Source of the DNA: an uncultured Bacillota bacterium
GTDB lineage: Bacteria; Sysuimicrobiota; Sysuimicrobiia; Sysuimicrobiales; Segetimicrobiaceae
DNA length: 64,000 nt
Assembly: GCA_963804645.1 (NCBI GenBank)
Contig: CAWDRG010000022.1
Location: 32,001 to 96,000, forward strand
Direction of reading: 5' to 3'
Shown: in pieces, positions 1 through 9,796 of the stretch
Position numbering within the stretch: the stretch's first letter is position 1
How the letters are laid out: every line of letters starts with the position of its first letter
Position numbers and translations under genes: made by a program
Notes under the pieces: generated by a model
What the model was told of the DNA's origin: nothing
Databases searched by the model: none
What the model saw: the letters and a program-made list of their open reading frames with translations, nothing else

Positions 1-132
1 CCGATGGTGGCGCGGGCCCACGGCGCCGAACTGCGCGTGCTCGACCCCGACATCGGCTCACGCCTCCCCGAGGAGGTCGGAGCGCTCACCCGGTTCGTCG
101 TGGCCGCCCCCGGGAGGCCGCCGGCCGAGTAG
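1..132 (+). CDS. 3' end of a CDS entering from the left edge; possibly the C-terminus of an eRF1/baeRF-like protein
   Basis: Open frame from base 1 (PMVARAHGAELRVL...EEVGALTRF...) to TAG at 130-132. 'VGALTRF' loosely resembles the eRF1-family C-terminal GALLRF motif. Confidence 0.3.
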   Translation, partial: PMVARAHGAELRVLDPDIGSRLPEEVGALTRFVVAAPGRPPAE

Positions 133-282
133 GGCGCGGCTCGGCACGCACATCCGGCCGATCAACGTCCGGCGCGCGCCGTCGGCCGCCGAATCAGGCC
201 CCGGCCCGATGATACCTCGGGACCGGCTCGGCTACGATGAGAGGGAGAGAACAGTACGGGACGCGGCATCAGGGGGTGCGAC

Positions 283-882
283 ATGCTCGTGCGAGATCGG
301 ATGACCCAACCGGTGATCACGGTCGGCCCGCGGGCGAACGTCTCCGGCGCCCTGAAGCTGATGTTCCGCCGGAAGGTCTACCGCCTGCCGGTCCTCGACG
401 AGCACGGACGGCTCGTCGGCATCGTGACCCGGGGCACCCTCCTGCAGCACGGCACCGAGGAAGCCGATCCGCTGGTCGAGGCGGTCATGACCCCGACGCC
501 GTTCACGACGCACCCGCTCACTCCCATTGAGCACGCGGCCGTGCGGATGCGGGATCTTCGCGTCGGCGCGCTTCCCGTGCTCGACCAGGGCCGTCTGGTC
601 GGCATCATCACCGAGAGCGACATCTTCGATGCCTTCCTGGAACTGCTGGGCGCGCGCAGTGATGCCAGAGTGACGATCGCGCTCACGGATATCGCCCAGC
701 AGCTGCCTCGCCTGGTCACGGCGGCCGCATCCACGGGGGTGCGGATGCACGGGGTCACCGCCCTCTCCAACGGCGCCGGCTCGTTCGCGATCGTATCGAT
801 CGACCACGCGGACCCCAACGCCCTGGTGCGCGCGCTGCACGAGGCCGGCTTCACATCCACGGAGGCGCACACGCGCGGCTGA
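283..882 (+). CDS. CBS-domain pair plus ACT-like domain protein (AcuB-like)
   Basis: MLVRDRMTQPVITV start, LPVLD..GRLVGIVT and LPVLDQGRLVGIITESDIF CBS motifs, C-terminal ACT-like segment, GGGG RBS. Confidence 0.85.
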   Translation: MLVRDRMTQPVITVGPRANVSGALKLMFRRKVYRLPVLDEHGRLVGIVTRGTLLQHGTEEADPLVEAVMTPTPFTTHPLTPIEHAAVRMRDLRVGALPVLDQGRLVGIITESDIFDAFLELLGARSDARVTIALTDIAQQLPRLVTAAASTGVRMHGVTALSNGAGSFAIVSIDHADPNALVRALHEAGFTSTEAHTRG

Positions 883-1615
883 CGCGACGACTCACCCAGG
901 GCCGCCGTGCGGTCGGGCGCACTACTCGCCGTCCGCCAGCACCACCGGCCCGCCCCCTTCGGCACTCTCGAGCATCGCCTCGCACGGGCGCAGCGCGCGC
1001 CAGCCGTCGTCCAGCGACAGGGCTGCCATATTGACTGCACGCCGTTTCTGATGGAGCCGGTCCGCGGTGTGACCGCGGCGGCCCCGACGCGGTCAATCCG
1101 GCGCGACCAGTTTGGGCTGTCGGTGCGGCTCGGCTTTGCCGCCGGTCCGACTGGGACGCTCTTGTTCGCGTCGCACGCGTCGGTCACGCGGGGAACGCAC
1201 GCGGCCGCACACACAACCCCTGCGCGCGCCACGCACAGACTCGCACGCCGCCGCGGCCTCAGTATAGGAGGGCCCAGGCGCCGACAACGTCAGGCGCTCA
1301 CTGTATCTGAGCTCCCGAGCACGAGCCGCAGGTTCGATCGGGCACGCACCCGATTGACCAGGTCGTCCATGAGGCGTATGTAGGTGATGGGGTGGACGAG
1401 TGTCCCGACGCCGTCGCACGTGTGCGCGGGGGTGGGTGGATTCTTGGGATGCGGCTGACGACGGGTCAGCCGGGTACCGGTTGCCCGCGGGCACGGCACG
1501 GTTGGGGCGCAGCCCTTGATCGTCGCAGTGTCGCTGCGGCGGAACCAGCGCGGAGGCGAACGTGACGTCAGCACGACAGCCGGCGGGCACGCGGCGACCG
1601 GCACAAGGAGGACGT

Positions 1616-2320
1616 ATGATGCGCGCGCGCGAGCTCATGAGTACCCCGGTGATCACGGTCTCGCCTGAGACCTCCCTCAAAGGTGTCGCCGAAAAGATGG
1701 CGGCCCACAACGTGAGTGGCGTGCCGGTGGTCGATCAGTCCGGCCGCCTCGTGGGGATTGTGTCCGAGTCGGACGTCCTGACGAAACTCGAGTATCAGGA
1801 GCCGCGGCGGGGTCTGGTCGGGCTGCTGGACAGCTTCGCGCACACCGTCGGGGCCGCGAAGAAGCTCGAAGCCCACACCGCGGCCGACCTGATGACCGGG
1901 CGTGTCATCAGCGCCGGGCCCGACGCATCGTTTCGAGAGATGCTGCACCTCATGATCAGCTACGACGTCAACCGCCTCCCGATCGTCGAGTCCAACCGGG
2001 TGATCGGCATCGTGACGCGCGCCGATCTTCTTCGGACCCTTGCCCGGCCCGACGCCGCAGTCACCGAGGACGCGCAGTGGAGATTGCTGCACGACCTGTG
2101 GATCGATCCGAGTGGGCTGACCGTGACCACACAGAAGGGCATCGTCACGATCACCGGCGAAGTCGGGACGCGCTCCGAAGCGGAGCTCGTGAAGCACTGG
2201 ATCGCACACATGGAAGGCGTGGTCGACGTCGACACGCGAGACCTTCGGTACCGGATTGACGACCGCGACGTACGACCGCCGACGGGCAGCGTCGAGGTAC
2301 CGCTGGGACGCCGCCGCTAA
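1616..2320 (+). CDS. CBS-domain pair plus BON domain protein
   Basis: AAGGAGG RBS before ATG 1616; VSGVPVVD..GRLVGIVSESD and RLPIVE..VIGIVTRADLL CBS motifs; BON-like 'VTTQKGIVTITGEV...EGVVDV'. Confidence 0.85.
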   Translation: MMRARELMSTPVITVSPETSLKGVAEKMAAHNVSGVPVVDQSGRLVGIVSESDVLTKLEYQEPRRGLVGLLDSFAHTVGAAKKLEAHTAADLMTGRVISAGPDASFREMLHLMISYDVNRLPIVESNRVIGIVTRADLLRTLARPDAAVTEDAQWRLLHDLWIDPSGLTVTTQKGIVTITGEVGTRSEAELVKHWIAHMEGVVDVDTRDLRYRIDDRDVRPPTGSVEVPLGRRR

Positions 2321-2445
2321 CGCTCCGGCGGCCGGGCGCCCGCTCCGGACGGCAGCGGGTCGTGCTATCGTAGAGTCGCGTGACGGCGCCCCGTGGCCGC
2401 CGGGGCGCCGTCGATCGCGCACCGCGTGTACGCCGGGCGGTGGAC

Positions 2446-2634
2446 CTACTGGTCGACCTGTGCGTCCGTCTCCCCGGCCGCTTTCAACAGCAGGCCCTTC
2501 GCACCCCGCAGATCCTTCGGATCCTTACTGCCCGTACGGCTTTGCGCACCCCGAAACGGGTGCTTCCCGCTCTCCACTTTGCGCGCCAGTCTGGACTTGA
2601 CGACTTTCTTGCTCGCCACCAGGCGCTTCTTCAT
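2446..2634 (-). CDS. small Lys/Arg-rich hypothetical protein (62 aa)
   Basis: GGAGG RBS upstream of ATG (MKKRLVASKKVVKSRLARK...), directly downstream of the USP gene on the same strand. Confidence 0.4.
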   Translation of the reverse strand: MKKRLVASKKVVKSRLARKVESGKHPFRGAQSRTGSKDPKDLRGAKGLLLKAAGETDAQVDQ

Positions 2635-2684
2635 CGTGGACGCCTCCAACGTAGCCGCGGTGCATCCGCGGCTGGCTGAATCGC

Positions 2685-3116
2685 TCAACGCACCACCAGT
2701 ACCGGTACCGATGAGCCGTGCAGGACCCGCTCGCTGACGCTTCCGAGGAACAGGCCGCCGATCTGGCCAAACCCCCGCGTGCCCATCACAATCACGTCCA
2801 CCTTGGCCTCTGCAGCCGCTCTGACGATCTCGGTGGCCGGATCGCCCATCCGGTACGACTCGGTCACCCGCACATCACCGCCAAACTGCTTACGCGTCTC
2901 GGCCAGAATCGTCGCGCCGGTGCGTTCGAGCGACGTCTCAAGGGCGCCCAGATCGATCATCGTACCGGCCGCGGGACCCGCGAGCGCCGCCGAGGGGATG
3001 TGCCCCACGGTCACCAACGTGACCTGCGCGCCCGGTAGCTCCCCCGCCAGCCGTGCCGCGAACGCTGCGGCGCGGATGGCATGCTCGGACCCGTCAGTCG
3101 CCACAAGAAAATGCAT
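2685..3116 (-). CDS. universal stress protein (UspA family)
   Basis: N-terminal LVATDGSEHA; C-terminal GDPATEI...DVIVMGTRG...LGSVSERVLH..VPVLVVR signature; GGAGG RBS. Confidence 0.92.
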   Translation of the reverse strand: MHFLVATDGSEHAIRAAAFAARLAGELPGAQVTLVTVGHIPSAALAGPAAGTMIDLGALETSLERTGATILAETRKQFGGDVRVTESYRMGDPATEIVRAAAEAKVDVIVMGTRGFGQIGGLFLGSVSERVLHGSSVPVLVVR

Positions 3117-3434
3117 GTCCCACCTCCCGATCGCGCGGCCGCCCTCGGCCGCATCGTGCTCTCGACTAAACTAAGGATACCACCCAACACGCCGGAGGAG
3201 GATCGGTCGTGGGATCGATTTCCCCATCGGCGCCGGCTCGGAATGCCCCATGGACCAGTGCTCGCCTGTCGCCCGCCGTTCAGCCGCGGAGCGGCCAAGA
3301 TCGGTCCCCGGCCCGATTCATGCCCGTCCGCCCCGGCGGGATGATAAGTGCGGGCCACCTGCGGCCGACGGCCGTCAGCGCTGGCGGAAGCGGTACCGCT
3401 GCGGCGCGGTAGCTACGTTTGCGGAGGTGTTGTC

Positions 3435-4448
3435 ATGACGGTGCGGATCGGGATCAACGGATTTGGCCGGATCGGACGGCTCGCGCTACGGGCGCTGATG
3501 CGGCGGAGCGGCAGCGCGGCGCAGGTCGTCGCGATCAATGATGTCGTCGACGCGGCGACCAACGCCAGATTGTTCAAGTACGATACCACCTACGGCCCCT
3601 ACCCGGGAACCGTCGAGACGCAGAACGGCACGATCGTCATCGACGGCCACGCGATCCGGGTGTACAGCGAGCCGAGCCCCGCGTCGATCCCTTGGATCGA
3701 AGACGGCGTGGACCTGGTCCTGGAGTCCTCGGGCAAGTTCACCGACGCGACGCGCGCCGCGGGACACCTGGGGGCCGGGGCGACCACGGTGATCATCTCG
3801 GCGCCCGCGAAGCACGAGGACATCACGATCGTCATGGGCGTGAACGATCATCTCTACGACCCTCGGCACCACCACATCCTCTCGAACGCCTCGTGCACGA
3901 CGAACGGGCTGGCGCCGGTCGCGCTCGTGCTGCACGAGGCCTTCGGCATCGATCGGGGAATGCTGACGACGGTGCACGCGTACACCAACTCCCAGCGGCT
4001 GCTGGACGTCGCCGCGAAGGATCCGCGCGATGCGCGCGCGGCCGCCCTCAACATCGTCCCCTCGGAAACCGGCGCGGCGAGGGCACTTGGGCTCGTCATC
4101 CCGGAGCTGCAGGGCAAGTTCACCGGCATGGCGTTCCGCGTCCCGGTGGCCACCGTGTCCGCGATCGACTTCACCGCCCTGCTCAAGACTACGGTCGACG
4201 TGGCGCGGATCAACGGCACAATGCGGACATGGTCCGAGGAGCGGCTGCGCGGGATCCTCGGGTACACGGAGGAGCCCCTCGTGAGCAGCGACCTCCGGGG
4301 CAGCGAATACTCGGCGGTGTTCAGCGCGGCCGACACCCAAGTCGTCGGCGGCACGCTCGTCAAGGCCATCGCATGGTATGACAACGAGTGGGGCTACGCC
4401 TGCCGGCTGGCCGATCTCGCTCTGCTAGTCGCGGACCGCGCCGCCTGA
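3435..4448 (+). CDS. gap: type I glyceraldehyde-3-phosphate dehydrogenase
   Basis: GINGFGRIGR, catalytic ASCTTN, GMAFRVP, WYDNEWGY; GGAGG RBS. Confidence 0.97.
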   Translation: MTVRIGINGFGRIGRLALRALMRRSGSAAQVVAINDVVDAATNARLFKYDTTYGPYPGTVETQNGTIVIDGHAIRVYSEPSPASIPWIEDGVDLVLESSGKFTDATRAAGHLGAGATTVIISAPAKHEDITIVMGVNDHLYDPRHHHILSNASCTTNGLAPVALVLHEAFGIDRGMLTTVHAYTNSQRLLDVAAKDPRDARAAALNIVPSETGAARALGLVIPELQGKFTGMAFRVPVATVSAIDFTALLKTTVDVARINGTMRTWSEERLRGILGYTEEPLVSSDLRGSEYSAVFSAADTQVVGGTLVKAIAWYDNEWGYACRLADLALLVADRAA

Positions 4449-4529
4449 ACGCCCCGCCGCCATTCCGGGGCGCACGCCGTCGTCAGGCGTGCGCCCCACG
4501 CCGTGCACGTCAAGGACCGCACCGATGCA

Positions 4530-4641
4530 ACATCGTCATTACGCTCCGGATTTGGCCGGTTTGTCCGGGTCCACGTCCCTCGAGTTCGTGGATGCGCGTC
4601 CGAAGACAGCCACGGGCAAGGTCCAGAAGTGCGTCCCGCGC
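4530..4641 (+). pseudogene. relic of an acyl-CoA ligase C-terminus (A10 motif)
   Basis: LEFVDARPKTATGKVQK..R matches VEFADALPKTATGKIQK..R of the ligase at 7942-9564; no upstream coding body. Confidence 0.6.
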
Positions 4642-4802
4642 GCCCCAAGCCGGCCGTCAGCGCCTGACTGTGCGGTGTCTCCCAACCGCGCGTCGCAGCG
4701 AACGAATTTGTCCTCGCCTCGAAAGGCGCGACGCCGATCAAACGCGACCGCGCAACTCAGGCCATGTCTGACCAGGGCGCACCCGCGCCGTCCGCCAGCG
4801 TC

Positions 4803-4979
4803 TCACCCGCGTGGCGCGGCGCGCAACCCCCGTGCCGCCTCAAGAAGCTCGGCGTCGGGCACAACCCGCTTTGTCGCAAGCGCCCGTTTGTTCACCCAGT
4901 CAACCAGTTGCAGAAGCGTTTCCTCGGGCACGTCGACTCCCAGCTCGGCGAGTTTGGCCTTGACGGCGACGGGCCCGCT
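4803..4979 (-). pseudogene. C-terminal fragment of a homocitrate/isopropylmalate-synthase-like protein
   Basis: Manual translation SGPVAVKAKLAELGVDVPEETLLQLVDWVNKRALATKRVVPDAELLEAARG...* resembles the LeuA/HCS post-catalytic subdomain; no start codon. Confidence 0.55.
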
Positions 4980-5083
4980 TCCGCTCCAAGCCAGAAGGCT
5001 TCAAAGCCGCGCGCCGCGGCCCTCTCCGCCAGCGGCGCATAGTGCTCGAGCGGCTGCTCGAACACGGTCAACGAGAATCTCAT
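4980..5083 (-). pseudogene. N-terminal fragment of an LLM-class flavin-dependent oxidoreductase
   Basis: MRFSLTVFEQPLEHYAPLAERAAARGFEAFWLG is a typical luciferase-like monooxygenase N-terminus; similarity ends after about 33 codons. Confidence 0.6.
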
Positions 5084-5395
5084 TGTTCTGGAACTGAAGT
5101 GGGTCGATCATTGGCGGGACGTGGACGAGTGACCGCGGTCAGGTGCGGATGGCAATGGAGCCGAGCGGGTAGACGGCCATCGGGGCCCAGAATCGGAAGG
5201 ACACCGTCATGATGCGCGGCGTTGGGACCCGTGTGCCCGGGCCGGGATCCCTGGGTGCGCGGCCCCGCACGCATCGCTCGTCCGGTACGCACGGATGAGG
5301 AGTACGACGTGGGACACCCCCGTCATTGGCGCTCACAAGCACCATTATCAGAAGATTACGGACCTGCACCGCCGAAGTCCAATATATTAGTATCA

Positions 5396-6430
5396 CCGGC
5401 CAATCGGTCAACCAGAACGCTTCGATGATCTTGCCGTTCGGCTTGGTCTGCCGATACTTCAGGACGCGTACCGTCTTCCACCGCAGCCCCACCCACGGAT
5501 CGAAATCGCTCGCATCCCACACCTCCAGCTGATCGCGACCGTCTGTGAACGTCGCGGTCGGCATGCGGCCCACAAACCGCGCCTGCGCCGCGGCATGGAG
5601 CTCCGGGAGATTGTCCTTTAAGCGCGCCACCACCCGCAGGCCGACGTCCCCCGCCGTATGCAGGAAGGGTGCCGTCGCGAATTTGCTGTCGCCCACGACA
5701 TAGTCGGCGAACCGCGGCCCCAACGCCGCCACCCCGCGCCGCAGCACGCGCTGCCCCGCCGCCGACTCACTGTCGCCCGGCCCGTAGAGCTCCAGGTCAC
5801 ACGGCAACGTCACGCCCGCATTCACGATGCTCAGCACGGCCATCTCATGCCGATACCCTAGCAGGGTGCCATCCTCTTTGCGCAACGGTCGACAGTACGG
5901 ACAGTCGGTACCCGGCTTGCTGAGACAGGTGGTCGCGGTGCCATCCACCGCGAGGCCAATCCACCCACTGCCCACCAAGGCTTTATTCCGCTTCGCGCGG
6001 CGTGCCACCGCGCTCAACGCCGCGCGCGTCGGCCCCGGATCCAACCGCGCGGTCACATATGCCAGCGTATCGTGACTGAACCGCCGGCCCACGCCCAGCG
6101 CCCGGGCCGCGCCCCGGACCAGGGCATCCACCCCCGCAAACGCGTCTTCCCGCAGAATGTGCCCGATCACCAGCCCCCACAAGATCGCCCGCGCCGGAAT
6201 TTGCGGCGCGGGCCGCTCATCCCCAGGCGCCGCGAAGTAGGTGGCCAAGCGTAAGCGCTGCACGACGTACTTCCACAGACGCCGCGGGGTCGGCCCTCTC
6301 ATCGCCGCCGCTGCTGCTGACGCGCCAACTTCAACAACTGCGCGTTAGCGGCCAGCACGTCGCGGACCGCATCCTGCACCGCATGCCCCGCCTCCACCCG
6401 CGATGGCAAACAATAGCAAAAGCATATCAT
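5396..6430 (-). mobile_element. truncated insertion sequence: DDE transposase (IS4/ISAs1-like superfamily) preceded by a remnant of a small coupled ORF
   Basis: ORF 5139-6302 has LAVDGT, VVGDSKF and ARLKDN motifs and loses similarity after 'AFWLTDWP' (~5396), before the expected catalytic-Glu region. A short basic ORF (6299-6430, ...ANAQLLKLARQQQRRR*) overlaps its ATG. Confidence 0.75.
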
Positions 6431-6450
6431 CGTGACGCCCCGGCGCGATG

Positions 6451-7896
6451 TCAGTCCGGCGCCGACGCGCCCGCCGCGCGGGCCGCGGCGCGCTTGAGCG
6501 GGGTGAGGTCGAAATCCATCAGGACGGTCAGCTTCTGCGTCTCGAGCGACCCCTCCGCGTGCAGAGCCAGCACCTCGAGGTATCCTCCCAAGTCCGACGC
6601 GACGAGATCTCGGATCAGATTGGTCACCCGCAGTCGGTCCTCCGAGCCAATCGACGCTCGACCGCCAAGGTAGGGTTCGAGCAACGCTCGCACATCAGGA
6701 TTGCTCCAGTCCTCCTCGGCCGGCCCCGTCACGATGAGGCCGCCCGCCAAGTCCTGGACGTCCCGCACCGCATCGTGGTAGCCGCGGGCGAACTGGTACT
6801 TCGCCGCGTTCGTCAGCACTGGGTTCGGCACGGCGATCTCCTCAGCCACGCGGCACTCCGCCGCTGCCGCCGTCGTGAGTCCGCGGCCGGTATGGAGGTA
6901 CATGATCAGACGCGCCAGCTTGTCCCGAACGTGCGCCGCGCCGAGGAGTCCATGATAGTCTGCAATCAACGCCGCGGCCCCGAGCAGAAGTTCCAGCAGC
7001 GGCGTCTTGTACGCCACGGCGGTGAACCGGTGGAACTCCACGAACGTCTTTGCCAGCGCCCCGGCCGTCCGCCACTCTCCGCAAAGAAACACCCGCTCCC
7101 ATGGAACGCACACGTCATCGAAGATGGTGAGTGACTCGGTGAGACTATACCGACTGCTCAGCGGATTGTCGAACGTGCTCGTCGCGCTGAACCCCCTGGG
7201 GCTCGCCACCATCGTCACTCCGGGCGCGTTCGCCGGCACTGCGAACGCCACGGCGTAGTCTGCATCCGCTTCGGTCATCGCCCGCGTCGGCAGGACGAGG
7301 ATCTCGTTGGCGAACACGGCGTTCGTGGTGTGCGCCTTCGCGCCGCGGACGATCATGCCGTGTGGCGTCTCCCGCACCCGATGCACGTAGACATCGGGGT
7401 GTGGCTGCTCCGCCGGCCGGCGACTGCGGTCCCCCTTGGCATCGGTCTGCGCGACGGCGATCGCTAGGTCCCCTTCCCGGCAGCGCGCATAGAACGCGCG
7501 CACCCGTTCCAGATACTCCGTGTTTGCGGTACGATCGAGCCCCGCCGTCACAATCATCAGCGCGAACAGCGCATCCGTGCCGATCTCTTTGATCAGCGGC
7601 ACGAACGACCACGCTTCCCGGGTGACGTGCTCGATCAGATCGCGGCGCCGCACCAGGTCCGCGGCCGTCCGCGGGATCGTAAAGTACCGGCTCGCAGGAA
7701 ACGCCGGGTCGGTATGATCCACCAGGAGCGGATCGTCCGGCCGGGCGTGCGCGAGCCGGAAATCGACCGCCACGTGACGCGCTCCGCGTCCGAGATGTGG
7801 GTGCGCGGTCACGTCATCAACCGCATGCCCGCGATAGATCACGCGCCGACTGTCGCGCAGGCTCGCCAGAAATTCCTCTTCCGCCCGTAATGTCAT
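6451..7896 (-). CDS. 4-hydroxybutyryl-CoA dehydratase / 4-hydroxyphenylacetate 3-hydroxylase family flavoprotein
   Basis: FLASLRD.R.VIYRG, AQTDAKGDRS, IVRGAKAHTT, DYAVAFAVPAN.PG, IFDDV.VPWERVFLCGE, QDLAGG, LHAEGS family motifs. Confidence 0.88.
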   Translation of the reverse strand: MTLRAEEEFLASLRDSRRVIYRGHAVDDVTAHPHLGRGARHVAVDFRLAHARPDDPLLVDHTDPAFPASRYFTIPRTAADLVRRRDLIEHVTREAWSFVPLIKEIGTDALFALMIVTAGLDRTANTEYLERVRAFYARCREGDLAIAVAQTDAKGDRSRRPAEQPHPDVYVHRVRETPHGMIVRGAKAHTTNAVFANEILVLPTRAMTEADADYAVAFAVPANAPGVTMVASPRGFSATSTFDNPLSSRYSLTESLTIFDDVCVPWERVFLCGEWRTAGALAKTFVEFHRFTAVAYKTPLLELLLGAAALIADYHGLLGAAHVRDKLARLIMYLHTGRGLTTAAAAECRVAEEIAVPNPVLTNAAKYQFARGYHDAVRDVQDLAGGLIVTGPAEEDWSNPDVRALLEPYLGGRASIGSEDRLRVTNLIRDLVASDLGGYLEVLALHAEGSLETQKLTVLMDFDLTPLKRAAARAAGASAPD

Positions 7897-7941
7897 CGTC
7901 ACGCTCCGTCAGTCAGCCGCCCGCCGTTCGGGGCGCACCGG

Positions 7942-9564
7942 CTAGAGTGGGTTTTCCGACGACGTCTTGCGCGCGGCGGCGCGCAGCAGGTATTTCTGGA
8001 TCTTTCCGGTCGCCGTCTTCGGCAAGGCGTCGGCGAATTCGACCAGTCGCGGCGCCTTGAAGTGCGCCAACCGAACCCGCGCGAACGCGATCAGCTCATC
8101 CGCCGTGACCTCGCTGCCTGGTCGGCGCACCACCACCGCCTTGACTGTCTCTCCCCACACGTCGTGTGGTACGGCCACGACCGCCGCCTCGAACACCGCC
8201 GGATGCTGGTACAGGACCGCCTCGACCTCCACGGATGACACGTTCTCACCGCCGCTGATGATGAGGTCTTTCTCGCGATCCATGATTTGGAGATATCCGT
8301 CCGGATGGATTACCGCGAGATCCCCGGTGTGAAACCATCCACCCGCCCACGCCCGGCGCGTCGCCTCTGGATCCGCGTAGTAGCCCGGGGTCGTCGTCGG
8401 GCCCCGGACCACGATCTCGCCCACGTCCGCCCCGTCCCGAGCCACGTCGGTCAGATCCGCGTGAACCACCCGCACCCGCCCGGTAAGGAGCTGCCCCACC
8501 CCCTGGCGCGCCTTCAGCGCCGCCTGTTCCTCGCGCGGCCGCGTATCCCATTCGCGCCGCCATTCGCACACCGTCAGCCACGGCCCCGTCTCCGTCAACC
8601 CGTACACGTGCGTGATTTCGAACCCGAGCTCGTCCTCCATGCGCCGAATCAGCGCTGACGGCGGCGGCGCACCCCCCACATACCACCGCACCCGCTGCTG
8701 CGGCCGCCACCCCGCCGTACTCGGGTCGCTCCCGAGCAGCACCAACACCGTCGGCGCGGCGCAAGCCACCGTCACCCCGTGTGCATCGATCAGCTCCACA
8801 ATCGCCGGCGGATCGACCTTCGGCAGGCACACGTGGGTGGCACCCACCGCGGTGATCGCCCACACGCCGCCCCACCCGTTGACGTGGAACATCGGCAGCG
8901 TGTGAAGGTACACGTCCTCCAGGGTCAGCCGCGCGTGCACGATCACGTCCAGCGCGTTGAGCGCCGTGATGCGGTGTGTGAGCACGACCCCTTTGGGCCG
9001 TGCGGTCGTGCCGCTCGTATAGTTGATCGTGATCGGGCCGTCCTCGTCGAGATCGTCCACCCGGTCCAGCATGCGCTGCCGCGCTGCGGTTCCGGCGGAC
9101 GCGATCACCCGCTCCACCGTCGTCCACGCCGTGCCCGCCACCGTGGCATCGGCCAGCACCACCACTCGGCCATCGACCGCGCCGGCCAGCTCGCGCCCGA
9201 CGTCGGCCAACGCCGGGTCCACGAGGAGCACGCGCACGCCCGCGTGCGTCAGGATGTACAGGTAATCGTCCACCGTGAGCCGCGTGTTCAGAGGCACCAG
9301 CGTCGCGTGCGCGAGCGGCACCGCAGAATAGCACTCGAGGGCCCGGTGTGAGTTCAGCGCGAGGAGTGCCGCCCGATCTCCCGGCCGGAGTCCGACGTCC
9401 GCGAGACCCGCCGCCAACCCGGCACACCGCGCCGCGAACTCCCGATAGCTGAATCGCGCCGGCCCGTCCACCACGGCCAGGCGCGTCGCGTACACATCAC
9501 CGGCCCGCCGAAAATACTGCAACGGCGAGAGCGGAATCTTCGGACCGTGCCTGTCGTCACGCAT
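7942..9564 (-). CDS. acyl-CoA synthetase (AMP-binding, medium/long-chain fatty acid-CoA ligase family)
   Basis: YTSGTTARPKG, LPMFHVNGWG, YGLTET, WFHTGD, DREKDLIISGGENVSS, PKTATGK. Confidence 0.95.
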   Translation of the reverse strand: MRDDRHGPKIPLSPLQYFRRAGDVYATRLAVVDGPARFSYREFAARCAGLAAGLADVGLRPGDRAALLALNSHRALECYSAVPLAHATLVPLNTRLTVDDYLYILTHAGVRVLLVDPALADVGRELAGAVDGRVVVLADATVAGTAWTTVERVIASAGTAARQRMLDRVDDLDEDGPITINYTSGTTARPKGVVLTHRITALNALDVIVHARLTLEDVYLHTLPMFHVNGWGGVWAITAVGATHVCLPKVDPPAIVELIDAHGVTVACAAPTVLVLLGSDPSTAGWRPQQRVRWYVGGAPPPSALIRRMEDELGFEITHVYGLTETGPWLTVCEWRREWDTRPREEQAALKARQGVGQLLTGRVRVVHADLTDVARDGADVGEIVVRGPTTTPGYYADPEATRRAWAGGWFHTGDLAVIHPDGYLQIMDREKDLIISGGENVSSVEVEAVLYQHPAVFEAAVVAVPHDVWGETVKAVVVRRPGSEVTADELIAFARVRLAHFKAPRLVEFADALPKTATGKIQKYLLRAAARKTSSENPL

Positions 9565-9796
9565 CCCCTGCACGCCCCGACCGCTGCGATGCCGTCTGCA
9601 CCTGACCCACCGCCGTAATCTCCGTCCAGGCATCCCGCGGCACCCCGAAGCGCTCTGCGACGTCGAGCACTTCGGCGAGCGTCCGATACCAAAATTCTTC
9701 CTCCGCCAAGCCGGCGCGTGCTGCGCGCCGCCAAGGTAGGCGACTCCCGTAAGTGTGTGTGCCCCCGCGTGCGGACGAGACGTCAGCGCCGCGGCG

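Noticed and set aside
883..1615. ORFs or an ncRNA in the gap between the CBS genes
   Set aside because: ORFs are Arg/Ala/Pro-rich with no motifs, and no recognisable RNA family or repeat was found.
4450..4472. Hairpin after gap (cgccccg...cggggcg) as an intrinsic terminator
   Set aside because: No U-tract, and such stems are common by chance at this GC content.
6451..9564. Marker for the 3HP/4HB or DC/4HB carbon fixation cycle
   Set aside because: The Fe-S cysteines are missing and no other cycle enzymes are present.
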